A stretch of 64,000 nt of DNA, from contig CM000152.2 in assembly GCA_000004695.1 (NCBI GenBank), positions 2,560,001 to 2,624,000 of the forward strand, in the 5' to 3' direction. Shown piece by piece: positions 28,778 to 43,147 of the stretch. The notes beneath the pieces were generated by a model. The model ran no database searches, had not been told where the DNA came from, and saw nothing but the letters and a program-made list of their open reading frames with translations. Origin of the DNA: Dictyostelium discoideum. Lineage: Eukaryota. The translations under genes and the position numbers were made by a program. How positions within the stretch are numbered: the first letter of the stretch is position 1; every line of letters begins with the position of its first letter.

Positions 28778-31702
28778 TTATTCTCTTTTTTGTTTTGGAG
28801 TATTATTATTATTATTATTATTATTATGATTTTGTTCTTGTAATTGTTCAACATGTAAAACTATATCTTTAACTTTGCTTATGAAATGAACTAAAATTTG
28901 ACTACTATAATCTATGAAAGGACCAGCCAAACCTAATTTGAATAAAACGAAACCAACACCACCCAATAGGATTGTTAATAACAATAATAATGGTGAAGAG
29001 ATGATTGAGATGAATTCATTGAAACCTAAAACGCATAAGAGAATGATCATATAACCTGGTACACCACCACCAGATGTTAAACGATTTTGTTCAGAGAGGG
29101 CTTGCATATAATCACTCTTTATTGTTAAACGGAAATTTTCACAAGCTAAACAACAATCTTTATATGGAATGATAATTTTTGAACTATTGACCATGGTATT
29201 TTCTTCGTGTTCATCATTATCAAGACGTTTAAAGAAAGAAACATTTGAATCTTCCTCATCCAAACGAAGATAGGAGAAAAGATCGATTAACTTTTCAGCA
29301 TTTTGACGTGCATCTTGGAAAATTGAAGCGATATCATCAGTTTTTGTCCATTTTCTTGGAAGATTACGATTGTCCATATTGAATTTCTCTTCGAAACGTT
29401 TACGCATACGCATTTGTAAGAATTCAGCACGTTCAGTGATTTTATTCTTTAAACCATCAGCTAATTGCTCTCTAAATTTATTGATTAATTCATTGACTTT
29501 TTGTTCGTCCAATTGGAAATCTACTAAACGATCTCTAAATTCCTTTTCATTGGAAGAGAGTGCATCATCATAGTAAGTTTTAATCTTTTGCCACATATTA
29601 TTTGGTGCTTGTTCTGTGATTTTGGTTAATAAAGGTGTTAATTCTTGTTGGAAGGTTTTATCTCTCATTAATTTTGATAAACGTACTAATTGATTCTCTT
29701 TTAATATTGAAAGTTCTTTATCGATCTTTATCTTTAATTGTTCTAAATCATTTTCAAAACTCCAATCACTACCTGGTACAATAGATTGATTTGCAACAAT
29801 TTCAAAATATTCAATTGATTTCTTTTTAATACCATTTGACCATGTTGAAAATTGTGGTATAATACCAACTGATGCTGCTGTTAATAAAACTGAACTACCA
29901 TCACGTTTTTTATTATTATTATTACCACTACCACTACTACTACCTGTATTTGAATCAGTAAATTCTTTAATTAATGAATTATAAAATACTAAAGTATTTT
30001 CATTTAATCTTTCCATTTGTTTATCGAAAAGATATTTCAATTCAGTGAGAATACGGTCAGTTAATACTTGACGTTTCTTTTGAACTGTTTCTAAATGATA
30101 ACGTTGTGCAGGTTCATCATAAACTGATAAAGATTGGTCGAGAATACGTTTTGATTTCTCACCAAATTGTTCTTGAATACGACCACGTTCAATATGTTCT
30201 TTGATTGGTTTAATGTCACGTGTAAATTGAGTCATTGATTGTTCGACAAATTCATCACAACGATAAAGAGCCAACATCTCCTTTTGTGATGGTAAATCTA
30301 AATCACGATTACTCTTGATGGTTTCCCAAACTTGATAACTGAATTGATAGAATCCATCGGCTGGAATATCATCATTTCTATACTTTCTCTTTGGAATAAA
30401 ACTATCGGCACCACTATCACTGAATCTTTGTTTCAATTGTTCAACTTGACCTAAAAATGCTGTTGGTGAATAAATCTTATGTGGTAATGTTGTAAATTCA
30501 AAATCAAAGAAATCACTCTCTCTTGTACCCACAAATTCCTCTGGTTTTTGTAAATCTGTCCATAATTTTGTAATATCTTCCATTAATGTTGCTTTTAATC
30601 TTTCTAATGGTGTAACACCATCATGATCTCTAATTAAGAAAAATATTAAAATTTTATGATTTCTTTTAAAAAAAAAAATAAAAAAAAAAAATATTAATAA
30701 ATTTGAATTACAATTTATATTTATGTATATTAATATATATATTATTTACCTTTTCTTTTGAAATAATTGTAAATTTAATTCAAAAACAGTTTTTAATAAT
30801 GAAATATTTGCAGCATTATAACGACCAATATCATGAGCCCACATATTGATAATAAGTACTGAAGAGAGTGCTAATGAAAAGAGTGAAGTTTTTCTTTCAA
30901 ATGCTTTTTCATCTTCACCTCTTTCACGACCATCAGTACCTTCAACATCTAAAATTAAAAATGTTTCATTCTTATTGTTGGTAGTACTTGCAACACCCAT
31001 CCAAACACCTTGTGTAGTTTGTTTACGACCAGTTGATGCGTCCATAACTGCAAATCTTGTATTGAATAATAAATTCAATAATGTACTCTTACCACTACTT
31101 TGTGGTCCTAAAATTGAAATAACTGAATAATCAAATCCTTTTGTTAAAAAATCATCTCTATTTGATAATGTTGATAAAAATGTTGTTCTACCATTTTTAT
31201 TATCTTCTTTTCTATTTATTTTTTTTTAATTAAAAATTAAAAAAATTTAAAAAAAAAAAAAATTGGCAATGAAAAAAAAAAAAAAAAAAAAAAATTAACA
31301 GATTGGTGTTAGAAAATAATTTAAGCTATCTATTTATCAAGATTTAAATAATAAAAATACTTACACAATGTCACCTTTATGATCGATAAATTGTACAATA
31401 TCTTGATATTCGTGTTCTTGTTCTTGTGTTTGTTGTTTTTGTTGTTGTGGTGTTTCTTGTAGTGTTGGGGTTGGTCTAATTGGTTCGACTGGTTTTGTTT
31501 CCTCTAAAACAACAAATTCATCCTCTTGTTGTTGAGTATCTTGGTCGTCTATTTGTTCTTGTTGTTCTTGTTGTTGTTGTTCTTGTTGTTCTTGTACTTG
31601 TTGTTCTTCATCTTCTTGTTTAATATTTTCATTGCTCAATCTTGGTTGATTGGTTTGTTGTTCTTCTTCAACTGTTTGATTTGTAGTTATTTCTTCGCTC
31701 AT
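28778..31702 (-). CDS. Sey1/RHD3 (root hair defective 3) family dynamin-like GTPase, an ER membrane fusion protein. Exons 31365-31702, 30750-31211, 28778-30662.
   Basis: Exon 1 has a Q/E-rich N-terminus ending [10 protein letters not shown]. Exon 2 carries P-loop [15 protein letters not shown] and [46 protein letters not shown]. Exon 3 begins [21 protein letters not shown] (the G4 region) and ends with two TM helices. Donors GTAAGT and GTAAAT. Confidence 0.85.
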
Positions 31703-32604
31703 TTTTTTAAATTAATTGTTTTTTTTTTGGTTTTTTGAAATTTAGTTGGATATTTTTTTTTTTTTTTTGTTTCAAAAAAAAAAAAAATATTATGTTATAA
31801 ATATATTAATTTATGTATTTGTAGTATGATATGGTACAACGCTGTTTTACTATCTTTGTTTTTTTTTTTTTTGAAAATAAAAAATAGAAAATAAAAAACA
31901 AAAAAAATAAAAAAATAAAAAAAATAAAAAAAAAAAAAGAAATTAAAAAAATAAAATAAAAAAAAAGAAATTTTAAAATTGTTAGCAATGTTTTTTTTTT
32001 TTTTTTTTATCTTTAAAAAGTTATAAAAAAACAAAAATATTTACCCTTTTATGTATGTTTATCTAAATAGGGAAAAAAAAAAAAAAAATAATGAATAACC
32101 AATTGTAAAAATAAATAAATTTTTAGTGCTGAATAAAAAAAAAAAAAAAAATAAAAAAAAAAAATAAAAAATAAAAAAAAAAAATAAAAAATTTAATAAA
32201 AAAAAAAAAATATTTTTCAAATTTGAATGCGCGGACGAAAGAATTTGAAGTGAATTTTTGGTAATATACGTGTAATTTTTAAAAAAAAAAAAAAAAAATT
32301 TTAAAACCAAAAACTTTTGTTTTTCCCATCAATTTTTTTTTTGTTAATTTTATTTAATTTCATTTTCTTTTTTTTTTTTGATTATTTAATTCTAATTTTC
32401 ATTTTTTTTTTTTTCCTTTTTGTTTATTTTATTCTTATTTTTATTTTTAATTTTATTTTTATTTTATTTTTATTTTTATTTTTATTTTTATTTTTATTTT
32501 TATTTTTATTTTTATTTTTATTTTTTTAACTTTTATCTTCACAATGATAAACAGTAAAACTCACCTATTTTTATTTATTCACAAGTTTTTAAAAATAAAT
32601 AAAT

Positions 32605-32635
<31 letters not shown>

Positions 32636-32684
32636 TTTTCACACATATTCCTAAAGGTAATAAGCTACGAACGATAAACATAAA

Positions 32685-32716
<32 letters not shown>

Positions 32717-33260
32717 CTAAACACCACACAAACAAAAAAAAAAAAAAAAAAAATATCCAAAACAACCTTTTGTTTACCAAAAAAAAAAATATAAACAAAA
32801 TAAAATAAAAATACTATCCAATGTGATAGCGCCAGAGACAACATTTGTGTTTGTGTGACACTTTTATTTATAATAATGTCAGATCCAAATCAGATTTCAA
32901 ATAATTACTGACAACCCAACCGCTAAAAAATTTTTTTTTTTTATTGGGCAATGAAAAATCTTGGGTATTTGGAAAAAAAAAAAAAAAAATAAAATAAAAT
33001 AAAATTATTAATAGTAAAAAAAAAAAAAAAAAAAAAAAAACAATTCGAGAAACAAAACAAAAAAAAAAAAAAAAAAAAATATTACCCATCACTGAAATAT
33101 AACTATATTTAAATATATTTGCATATTAATAATTTTTTTATTTTTTTTTTTAAAATTTTGATATTTTTTTTTTTTTTTTTTTTTTAAATAATCACTTCCC
33201 AAAAAAAAAAAAAAAAAAAAAAAAAAATCAAAAAAAAAAAAAAAACTAAATTTATTAAAG

Positions 33261-34061
33261 ATGAAAAGTGGTTTATTTTTAACATATATAACATTTTTAA
33301 TAATAATAAATATTGTTAATTGTGGAATCTTTAAATTTTTAGAACCAGTAAATTATATATCATCATCAAAATGGAGACTATCTAGAGACAGATCAATGAA
33401 TATTGGATGGAATTCCGAAGATCACAATGATACAATTCATTCAATAACAACATCATCAAGTGGACAATATATAATTTCATGTTCAAATGATAAATTAGCA
33501 AAATTTCATAGAGTTTTAATGTAAGTTAATCAATCAATTAATTAATTAATCAATTAATTAATATTTATTAATATTTATTTTATTTTACAAGGTATCCAAA
33601 TTTATATCCAGATTGGACACATATTTATTATGGAGAATTAAAATTAAGAGGATATGGTAATGATGATATTGAGAATTTAAAATGTTTACAAACATTAGAT
33701 GGTAAACAATTATTAACATTATCAGTTAATAAAAAAGAGAATAGAGTTCATTTGGATACTTTTACATTAATTGAATTAGATTCAATTGAAAATAGAAATC
33801 CAATAATAAACATTAAATCACCACAACCACCACCACCAAACATTAATCAATTATCAAATATTACAAACTTTAATATAATATTCCCATTGGATGATTATAA
33901 TGAAGTTTTTGTAAATTCATCATCTTTAAAATCAAATTTATTAAAATCACATATTTCAAAATCATCTTTAAAACAGCTTGAATCAAATAATCATTTTTCA
34001 CCATATACAACAACCTTAATAAATAAATTACAAAAATCACCACAAGGAGAACAGCAACACC

Positions 34062-34123
<62 letters not shown>

Positions 34124-36223
34124 GGAGAACAACAACAACAAGGAGAACAACAACAACCAATTTTTGATTTATCATTAAATGGTAAACATTTATTATTATC
34201 ATTTGATAATAAAATTAAAATTCAAAAAGTTCATAATCAATCAAATGATAATGGTAATCAAAAGTTTAAATGGGAAATTATAACAATTGAAGCAAGATAT
34301 AAAATTCAAGATGTTGTTTTTTTACCTGATAATAATGAAAATGATAATTCAATATTAGTTTTATTATTAGATTTAGAGAATGATGGTGATGGTAGTGATG
34401 GTAGTGATGGTGGTGATGATAGTGCTCAAAATTATCATCATCATCATCAATTAGAGAAACAAGCTAAATTAATTTTATATAAAAATATTGATGGAAAGAA
34501 ATGGAGACCAATTGAATTGGAAATTTCAAATCTACTTTTATCAACATCATTGAAAATCATTAGAAATAAAGCATTACCTCAAAATGATTGTATTTTAAAT
34601 AAACAGCAACAAAAACAACAACCAATTTTCGTTGGATTTCAAGATGATAGATTCACTGTTCATTTAGGTGAAATTAAAAATGATAAATTGATTTTAATTA
34701 AATCATTACCATTACCATTTCACCAAGAATTACCAAATGATCCAAATCATAGAGTTTCAATTGATTTTTCAAAAGATTCAAAAATGTTTTCAATTCAATA
34801 TCCAAATTCAAATACAATTTATATATATACAAGAGATGATTTTGATAATGAAGATAATAATAATAATAATAATAATAACAATAATAATAATAATGATGAT
34901 GATGATGGTTCATATTCGTTTAGATTATCAAGTATAATAGATGATTTGCCAATTAGATCACATGGTTCTGTATTGTTATTCAATTTTAAATATAATTATT
35001 TAGTTACAAATTTCGATGGTCATTTATCATTTTTTAGAGATTTTGAAACTCAAGTATCACAATGTGATCCAGCATCACGTACAAAAAGTTTTTATTTACC
35101 TTCACCACCTTTAAAATCAAATATTACTGGTAGTGATAGATTAGAACTTGAACAATTTGGTTTACTTTATTTACTTAAAATTGGTACCAATTCATCATCA
35201 TCATCATTATCATCAACATCAACATCATCATCAATTAGTCAAATTCAAATTAAAATTTTAATGTATACAATTTTTGGATATTCTTTAGTAATTTTATTAC
35301 AAAGATTATTAATTCCATTGGAGGTTTATTATATTGGTCCATTTATTAATAAGGTTTTAAAGAAAATTAGTTTTACTAAAATTAATATTAAAAATATTCA
35401 AAATATTTTATTTTATTCAATTGCATTGGTTATTTTATTACTTTCATTCTATGAAATTACTTTTCAAGCAGCATATACAAATGATTGGCCAGCTCATATT
35501 CATCATATTGATCAATTTTTAAATCCACCTCCTAAAAATATTTCAATATTTAATTCAATATCTGATTCAAATACAAATATTGCTTTTGGTGGTGGTAGTA
35601 CCACTACCACTTCAAATGATGAACAGTTAAATTATAATGATAATAATAATAATAATAATGAAGGTAGTGCTGAAAGTGATTTAAATAAATTATTCCCATC
35701 AATTCAATATCGTCAACAAAAGGATGATATTGATAATAGTGGTTCAAGTTCAAGTAGTGAAGAATTTTTTAATAGTTTAAATATTAAAGCACCACAAGGA
35801 AATAGTAATTTTAATTCAAGTAATGGAGGTTATCAATACTTTTCAAAATATTTACCATCATTTTTAAGAGATAAATTCGATTTCGATTATAATAATTATA
35901 TGCATTATCATGGTCCAAATACTTATCCAGCTGGGTTCCTTTATCTTTATACACTACTATACTATATTAGTAATCATGGTCAATCATTACAAATATTTCA
36001 ATTGATTTGGGCATTTTTAGAATTTTTCAATTTCATTTTAATTAAAAAGATTTGTGAAAAATTATCAATTCCAATCATTTTAGCTGTATTACCAATACTT
36101 TCAAATAGATTACATTTATATAATGTTAGAGTTGTAATTAATGATTTTCCATCAACTTTTTTAATTCATATTTGTGTATTATTATTAATTAGTAAAAGGT
36201 AAATTATAAATTATAAATTATAA

Positions 36224-36304
<81 letters not shown>

Positions 36305-36682
36305 AAAATAATTAAATTATTAATTAAATTATTATTGTTATTATTATTTTATTAGATTTAAATTATTTTCAACATTATTTTCAATTATAGTTTCATTGAA
36401 ATTAAATACAATTTTCCATTCACCTGCAATTTTATTCATATTTTTTAATAGTCTTTCAATTGGTCAAGTAATTTTAAATTTAACTATAATGGCATTCATT
36501 CAATTATTAGTTGGTTTACCATTTTTAATGGTAAATCCAGTTGCTTACTTTACAAATGCTTATGATTTTAGTAGAACTTTATTATGGGAAAAAACTAGAA
36601 ATTTCAAATTTATTGGTAGATTAATTTATGATTCAACTTTATTTAATATTTTATTGGTAATTATTTATTTTTAATTTAATAA

Positions 36683-36729
<47 letters not shown>

Positions 36730-37278
36730 TGGTTCCTAACATTTAAAATTTTTTTTTTTATATTTATTATTTAGTTATTATTATTAATTATTACAATTTT
36801 AATATTTATTTATAAATATCAATTGGCTGTAAATGAAATTAATAGATTATTAAAAGTTGTAAAGAATAATACTGGTGGTACAATTAATAATGAAAATAAT
36901 AATATTGGTGATGAAGAAATTGAATTGAAATTAAAAAGAATTTATATATTATCATTTATTAGTGTAAATTTCTTTGCAGTAGTTTGGGCAAGAGGATTAT
37001 ATACACCATTTATGTGTTGGTATTTCTATACACTACCAATCATATTGTATTTCGCTAAATTCTCTTATACTTTTATTGTATTATTTTGGTTAGCTCACGA
37101 AATACTATTTAGATTCTTTAAAGATTTCTATATTGAAATGTTGGGTACATTTATATTCTTAAATATAAATCTTTTAATTTTAATTAGATTATATAATAAT
37201 TTCAATTTTACAACTTCAACAAAATCTACAATTCCAAGAATAAAAACAAAAACTCAACAAAAAATCAAAACACAATAA
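33261..37278 (+). CDS. alg3: ALG3 (dolichyl-P-Man:Man5GlcNAc2-PP-Dol alpha-1,3-mannosyltransferase), continuous in frame with a ~500-aa N-terminal extension that begins with its own signal/TM exon. Exons 33261-33520, 33592-36198, 36356-36656, 36775-37278.
   Basis: ALG3 blocks: AYTNDWPAHIH (compare AYTEIDWKAYM); HYHGPNTYPAGFLYLYTLLYY; SNRLHLYNVRVVINDFPSTFLIH; LLVGLPFLMVNPVAY (compare LGLPFLLENPSGY); TLLWEKTRNFKF. The last three exons are linked by GTAAAT/GTAATT donors and T-rich acceptors, and the intron at 36199-36355 is largely (ATT)n. No stop codon separates the upstream WD-like/low-complexity region (poly-Q, poly-N) from ALG3. Confidence 0.7.
36215..36300. repeat. (ATT)n microsatellite within the ALG3 intron
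   Basis: tta/att repeats at 36215-36300, inside intron 36199-36355. Confidence 0.8.
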
Positions 37279-37303
37279 ATCAATAATTAAATAACTAAAT
37301 AAT

Positions 37304-37346
<43 letters not shown>

Positions 37347-37531
37347 AAATAAAAAGAAATGTATTTTTAATTAATTCCTTTATTTAAGTTTTTATAGTTT
37401 TCTATTTTTATTTTTTACTTTTTTTTATTATTAAAATATTTTAATTGATTTATAAAATTGATAGAAAAAAAAAAAAAAAGGAAAAAAAAAAAAAAAGAAA
37501 AAAATAAATAGTTAAATATTATATTATTTAC

Positions 37532-38253
37532 TTATTTAGTTTCAGCAAATAATTCTCTACCAATTAACATTCTTCTAATTTCACTTGTACCAGCACCAAT
37601 TTCATATAATTTAGCATCACGAAGTAAACGACCAGTTGGGAATTCATTGATGTAACCATTACCACCTAAAGTTTGAATTGCTTGTAAAGCCATTTGGGTT
37701 GCATTCTCAGCAGTGTATAAAATGACGGCAGCACAATCTTTACGAGAGGTGTAACCAGCATCGGCAGATTTAGCGACAGAGTAAACGTATGAACGACTTG
37801 CATTCAATAAAGTGTACATATCTGCGACTTTACCTTGCATCAATTGGAATTCACCAATTGGTTTACCAAATTGTTCACGTTGGTGAAGGTATGGAACAAC
37901 ATTATCCATACATGCTTGCATAATACCTAATGGACCAGCTGATAAAACTAAACGTTCATAATCCAAACCACTCATTAATACCTTGACACCACCACCAACA
38001 GTACCTAATACATTTTCATCTGGTACGAAACAATCTTCGAAAACTAATTCACATGTGTTACTTCCTCTCATACCAAGTTTATCTAATTTTTGACCAGTTG
38101 AAAAACCTTTCATCTCTTTTTCAATTAAAAATGCTGTAATACCTTTACTTCCTGCATTAATATCTGTCTTTGCATAAACAACTAAAACATTTGCATCTGG
38201 ACCATTTGTAATCCACATTTTATTACCATTTAATAACCAACCACCCTCTTTTT

Positions 38254-38299
<46 letters not shown>

Positions 38300-38325
38300 T
38301 TTATTATAACTACTATTATTTAATA

Positions 38326-38392
<67 letters not shown>

Positions 38393-38995
38393 GTAATAAT
38401 AATAATAGTAATAATAATAATAATAATAATTACCTGTTTTCTTTGCATTTGTTTTCATACTAACAACATCAGAACCAGCATTTGGTTCAGACATAGCGAG
38501 AGCACCAACAAAATCACCACTAATTAATTTTGGAAGATATTTATCTTTTTGAGCTTCATTTGCATTTCTAGTGATTTGATTGATACAAAGATTTGAATGG
38601 GCACCATAAGAGAGAGCGACTGAGGCTGATGCTCTTGATAATTCTTCCATTGCAATACAATGAGCGGTATAACCTAAATCTAAACCACCATATTTAGATG
38701 GTGCTGTAATACCTAATAAACCTAAATCACCCATTTTCTTCCACATTTCATTTGGGAATAAATTGTTTTTGTCAACATCAGCTGCGATTGGTGCTAATTC
38801 GTTTTGAGCAAATTCTCTAACACTTTCTTGTAATTGTAATAAGGTTTCATCAAATCCATTAATATCTCTACCTGTAAAAATGGAACGAGAAATAATATTT
38901 TTATTGCTTGATGAACTTTTAATAAATCCTAAAATATTACTTGATTTTTTTAATGATCTAAACATTTTATTACTGTTGTTTTGACGTCTCGACTT

Positions 38996-38998
<3 letters not shown>
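37532..38998 (-). CDS. ivd: Isovaleryl-CoA dehydrogenase, mitochondrial precursor (acyl-CoA dehydrogenase family). Exons 38434-38998 and 37532-38247.
   Basis: Basic N-terminal presequence. ACAD motifs ([21 protein letters not shown]; [18 protein letters not shown]). AKKTG|[16 protein letters not shown] parallels human KKGNHYILNGNKFWITNG. The 186-nt intron (donor G|GTAATT, acceptor aaaaag|) is an in-frame (ATT)n/(A)n repeat, which is why the raw ORF reads poly-Y/poly-F. Confidence 0.85.
38283..38425. repeat. (ATT)n microsatellite, ~48 units, forming the intron of the IVD gene
   Basis: Perfect aat/att repeats between the GT donor at 38433 and the acceptor at 38248. Length is a multiple of 3. 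Confidence 0.8.
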
Positions 38999-39031
<33 letters not shown>

Positions 39032-39084
39032 AAAAAAAAAAAAAAAAAAAAAACAATGAAAAGTAAAAAATTTTTAGGTGCTGG

Positions 39085-39165
39085 TAAAAAAGGGGTTTTG
39101 GTCAATAAAAAAAATAAAAAAAAAAAGAAAAAAAAATGTTCCCACAAATCCAAAACACCTTAATT
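39085..39165 (+). other. Conserved ~85-nt element, copy 2 (intergenic between IVD and the DUF1295 gene)
   Basis: The plus strand reads AAAAAAGGGGTTTTGG..A-rich ~40 nt..TGTTCCCACAAATCCAAAACACCTTAATTTTT. The TCCCACAA core equals the Dictyostelium upstream sequence element (DUSE) consensus [AT]CCCA[CT]AA. Confidence 0.5.
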
Positions 39166-39427
39166 TTTATTATTAACAATTAAAAAAAAAATAAAATAAA
39201 AATAAAAATTATAAAGAAAAAAGTAATGGAAATTTTACTTGTTTTAATTTTTTAAAAAAATTTATAAAAAGGTAATCTATTGCTGATGTAATATTTATTA
39301 TAATGGTTTTTCATATTTTTAATTTATTTATTTATTTGTTTATTTATTTGTTTACTTATAATTTTTTATTTTTTTATTTTTTTTTTTTTTTTTTTTTTTA
39401 ATTTTAAAAACTAGTAGTAGTTAATTT

Positions 39428-39841
39428 TTAATTTATGAATGGTATAATTTTATATGTTGATTTTTTATATTCTTGGTATTGAGGATTTCCAGAAAATTTT
39501 TCATCTGATATTTTTTCCATCATTGGAGTTGAAATTTTTAACATTAAAAAACTTATAAATAAAGGAGAAATCAAAGAAATAAACTTATACCAATAAGAAT
39601 CCAATCCTCTAAAACAAATGAAATAAATTATCCAATGCATCATTATTTCAGAGAAATAATTTGGATGACGACAAAGTCTCTTCCATAATCCTTGGTTAAT
39701 AAATTTACCTTTATTCTCTGGTTTACCTAAAAATAGTGTTTTTTGTCCATCTGCAACAGCTTCAATTGTAAAAAATGTACTCCATAATAAAATTAATATA
39801 TAATCTATTAAACTAATAATAAGAAAAAAAAATAAAAAAAT

Positions 39842-39872
<31 letters not shown>

Positions 39873-40334
39873 TACATTTTATTTATTTTTTTATTTTATT
39901 TTATTTTATTTTTACCTTAAAGAAATTGAAAAATGTTGATGAGTAACTAATAATAAAGGAGTGATTGTAAAATTAATCCATAATGATTGCATGAACCAAT
40001 AGATGAAAAATTTTTTTGGGTTATTTCTAACTTTATCAAAACGTTTATCTTTTTTATTTCTTTTAATTCTATCGTTGAGAAAAATTACTAACCTACTTGA
40101 CCATACAATAATGAAAATTGATACAATTAATGCACGTCTTAACCCATAAACATATCCACTCTCTCCAATATGTTCAATTTCATAATAATAGTTTTTGACA
40201 AGTGATAATAATCCAACTAAAACAAATGTTCCACATCCAAAAACATCATAATATCTTTTTGATTTTATTAAAAATGCTGAATGTAAAAATCCAACAAATT
40301 GAATTAAAAAAACTGATAAATAAATCCCCAACAT
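39428..40334 (-). CDS. DUF1295 / steroid 5-alpha-reductase-like C-terminal domain polytopic membrane protein. Exons 39916-40334 and 39428-39779.
   Basis: Signature QGLWKRLCRHPNYFSEIMMHW (the GLW..RHPNYFGE motif). Hydrophobic throughout. Donor AG|GTAAAA at 39915, acceptor tatggag| at 39780, and the frame continues. Confidence 0.7.
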
Positions 40335-41488
40335 TTCCCAACCTTTTACCTCTATTTATTTTGTGTTTGTGTATGTGTGTATATATATTGTGATTTTAAA
40401 TTTTAATCTCAAAATTTTTTTTTTTTTTTTTTTTAATTTTGTTTTTTATTTTTTTTATTTTTTTTTTTTTATTTTTGAAATTAAAAAAATAAAATAAAAT
40501 AATAATAATTTCAAATTCAAGAAAAAAAAAAAAAAATAAAAAAAAAAAAAACAATAATAAACTTTTTTTTTTATTTTAAAATTTAATATTAAATTTTACT
40601 TTTTGATTTAAATTTTATCCAAAAAAAAAAAAAAAAGTTAAAAATTAAAAATTCATAGAAAAAAATTGTTTTAATCTTACTTTAATAATTTATAAAAAAA
40701 AGTTTTTACTTGAAAAGGATAAATGACAACAATTTTTTTTATTTAAAATTAATTAAATTTTCGATTATAGCAGAATTAAAAGATAACAAAATTCAAATAA
40801 TTTAAAAAATGGTTTGTTTGTTTTTATTTTTTTATTTTTTTTTTTTTTTTTTTTCTTTTCAAAAAAGATAAATTATATAGACAAATATTATTATATTATT
40901 ATTATTATTTGCTATTTATGGATATCATCATACTATCACAAAATCAAATTATATGAATTTTGTGTATTTTGAAGAGTTAATTTATTATTTATTTTTTTAA
41001 TTAAATAATTTTAAATTAATTATTTTTTATTTTTTTTTATTTTTTATTTTTTTTTAATGATTGAATATAAATTAAACTGATGGGGTATTATTCAACAAAT
41101 AAATAACCACACACCGTCGATAATTTATATTTTTTTTTTTTATTTTTTTTTTTTTTATTTTTTTTTTTTATATTTATTCCATTTTTTTTATTTTTTTAAT
41201 TTTTTTTTATTTTTAAATTATTATTTCAAACAATTTTTTACTTAATTACTCTTCAAATATTTCTCCCGATAATAATATTTCAAAATTTAAACTATAATTT
41301 TTTTGATTAAAAGTATCATATTTTACTTCCATGTTTTTTTTTTATGTGTGTGTGGTTTTTTTTTTTTTATAATGAGAAAAAAAAAAATATATTAAGATAT
41401 TGGGAGATCCAAAGATATTAAAAATAAACATTGCACATCATACTACCCACTATTTGGATTAGTTTTTTTTTTTTTTTTTTTCAATAAA

Positions 41489-41533
<45 letters not shown>

Positions 41534-42210
41534 AATCAAAAAAAAAAAAAGTCTATTATTAAAAAAACATAACAAAAAAAATATATAAATAATTTATATA
41601 CATATTTATTAGTGATATTAATAATTATAAATAATAATAATTATAAAAAAAATAAAATATTACTTTTTTGTAAGGTGTAAAAAAAAAAATCAAAAAAATT
41701 CGAAAATATATATTTTACCTATTAATAGTTGAAGAAGTAAAATTAAAAAAACCTAAAAAAAATAAAAAAAATGGCAAATCTGTGTATGTTAATGTGTGAA
41801 CATTTAAAATTATCTTTTTTTACTATTATTATATTAAAATTTAACTACTATAAATTTTTTTATTAAATATTTCACAAAAAAAAATTAAAAAAAAAATACC
41901 ACCATTCCAAGGGTAAGGCCTTTTTTTTTAATTTAATTTAATTTAATTTAATTTAATTTAATTTAATTTTTTTCAATTTAATTTTTAATGGTAATTTAAT
42001 TTATTTTATTTTAATTTTTCCCAAATTATAACAAAATTTTTTTTTTTTTTTTAAACGTTTGTATTGTTTTTTTAAAGACAATTATTTATATAATAATAAA
42101 AAAAAAGAAATGTGAAAGAAAAAGAAAAAAAAAAAAAAAACCGTGTATGTGTTGGAAAAATTAATATTGATTCTTTATTTAGAGTAATTGTTTATTTGAA
42201 ATTTTTGTTG

Positions 42211-42248
<38 letters not shown>

Positions 42249-42285
42249 CTAAATTTTTATTTTTATTTTTATTTTTATTTTTTTT

Positions 42286-42326
<41 letters not shown>

Positions 42327-42496
42327 CCCTAAATAAAAACCAAATCAATAAATTAATAATAGAAAATAAAAATTTTAAATATTAACTAATCCATAGTTAT
42401 TATTATTTTTTTTTTTTCTTTTTTAATATTTATATATATATATTTATTCCTTTTTTTTTTTTTTATTAAACGAAGCGTTCGTTTTTCCTTTCAAAA

Positions 42497-43108
42497 TGGG
42501 ACATCAAATTTCTAAAGAAGATAATGGGTAATTATTATTAATATTAATAAATCAAAATATGCCAAACCTAATAATTTTTAATAATAATTTTTTTTTTTTT
42601 TTTTATAAATAATTATTAATCCACCCCAATTTTTAATTAATTTTTCAAAAATATCAATTTACTTACACCCCACACATTTACCCCACTTTTTATTTTTTTA
42701 TTTTTATATATATATATATATTTTTTTTTAAAAAAAAAAATCAATTTATATTTTACTTTTTTTTTTATATTATTTTTTATTTTGGATTTAGAGAACAAAG
42801 CAATAGTAATAATTTAAAGAAAGAACGTAGATATACAACCAACAGTAGTAATCTACATTTCCTTTATCAACAAGAAGAAGGAATTGGAATTAATTATAAA
42901 ACAGGATCAGCAAATAACAGTTTGAGCAATAGTACTAATAGTAATAATAATAATTATAATAATACAAATAGTAGTAATAATAATAATAATAGTGGAAATA
43001 ACAAAAAAATAACAGAAAGTACAAGTTTAGAAGATTTTAAACAATTTTCAACCACACTTTCAATTTCAAGTACAACACCACCTGACACACCAATAATTTC
43101 TTATAATA

Positions 43109-43147
<39 letters not shown>

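Noticed and set aside
31795-33092. Several 60-90-aa ORFs rich in F/K/L (31795-32034, 32059-32310, 32317-32529, 32589-32798, 32868-33092). Likewise 24-293, 10994-11188, 17916-18122, 54145-54464.
   Set aside because: They are translations of A/T homopolymer and (ATTTT)n intergenic DNA. They have no start context, no complexity and no homology.
38283-38425. Poly-tyrosine insertion in IVD suggested by the continuous ORF
   Set aside because: The tract is flanked by GT/AG, followed by poly-F from an A-run, and absent from all ACAD homologs. It is interpreted as a 186-nt in-frame intron.
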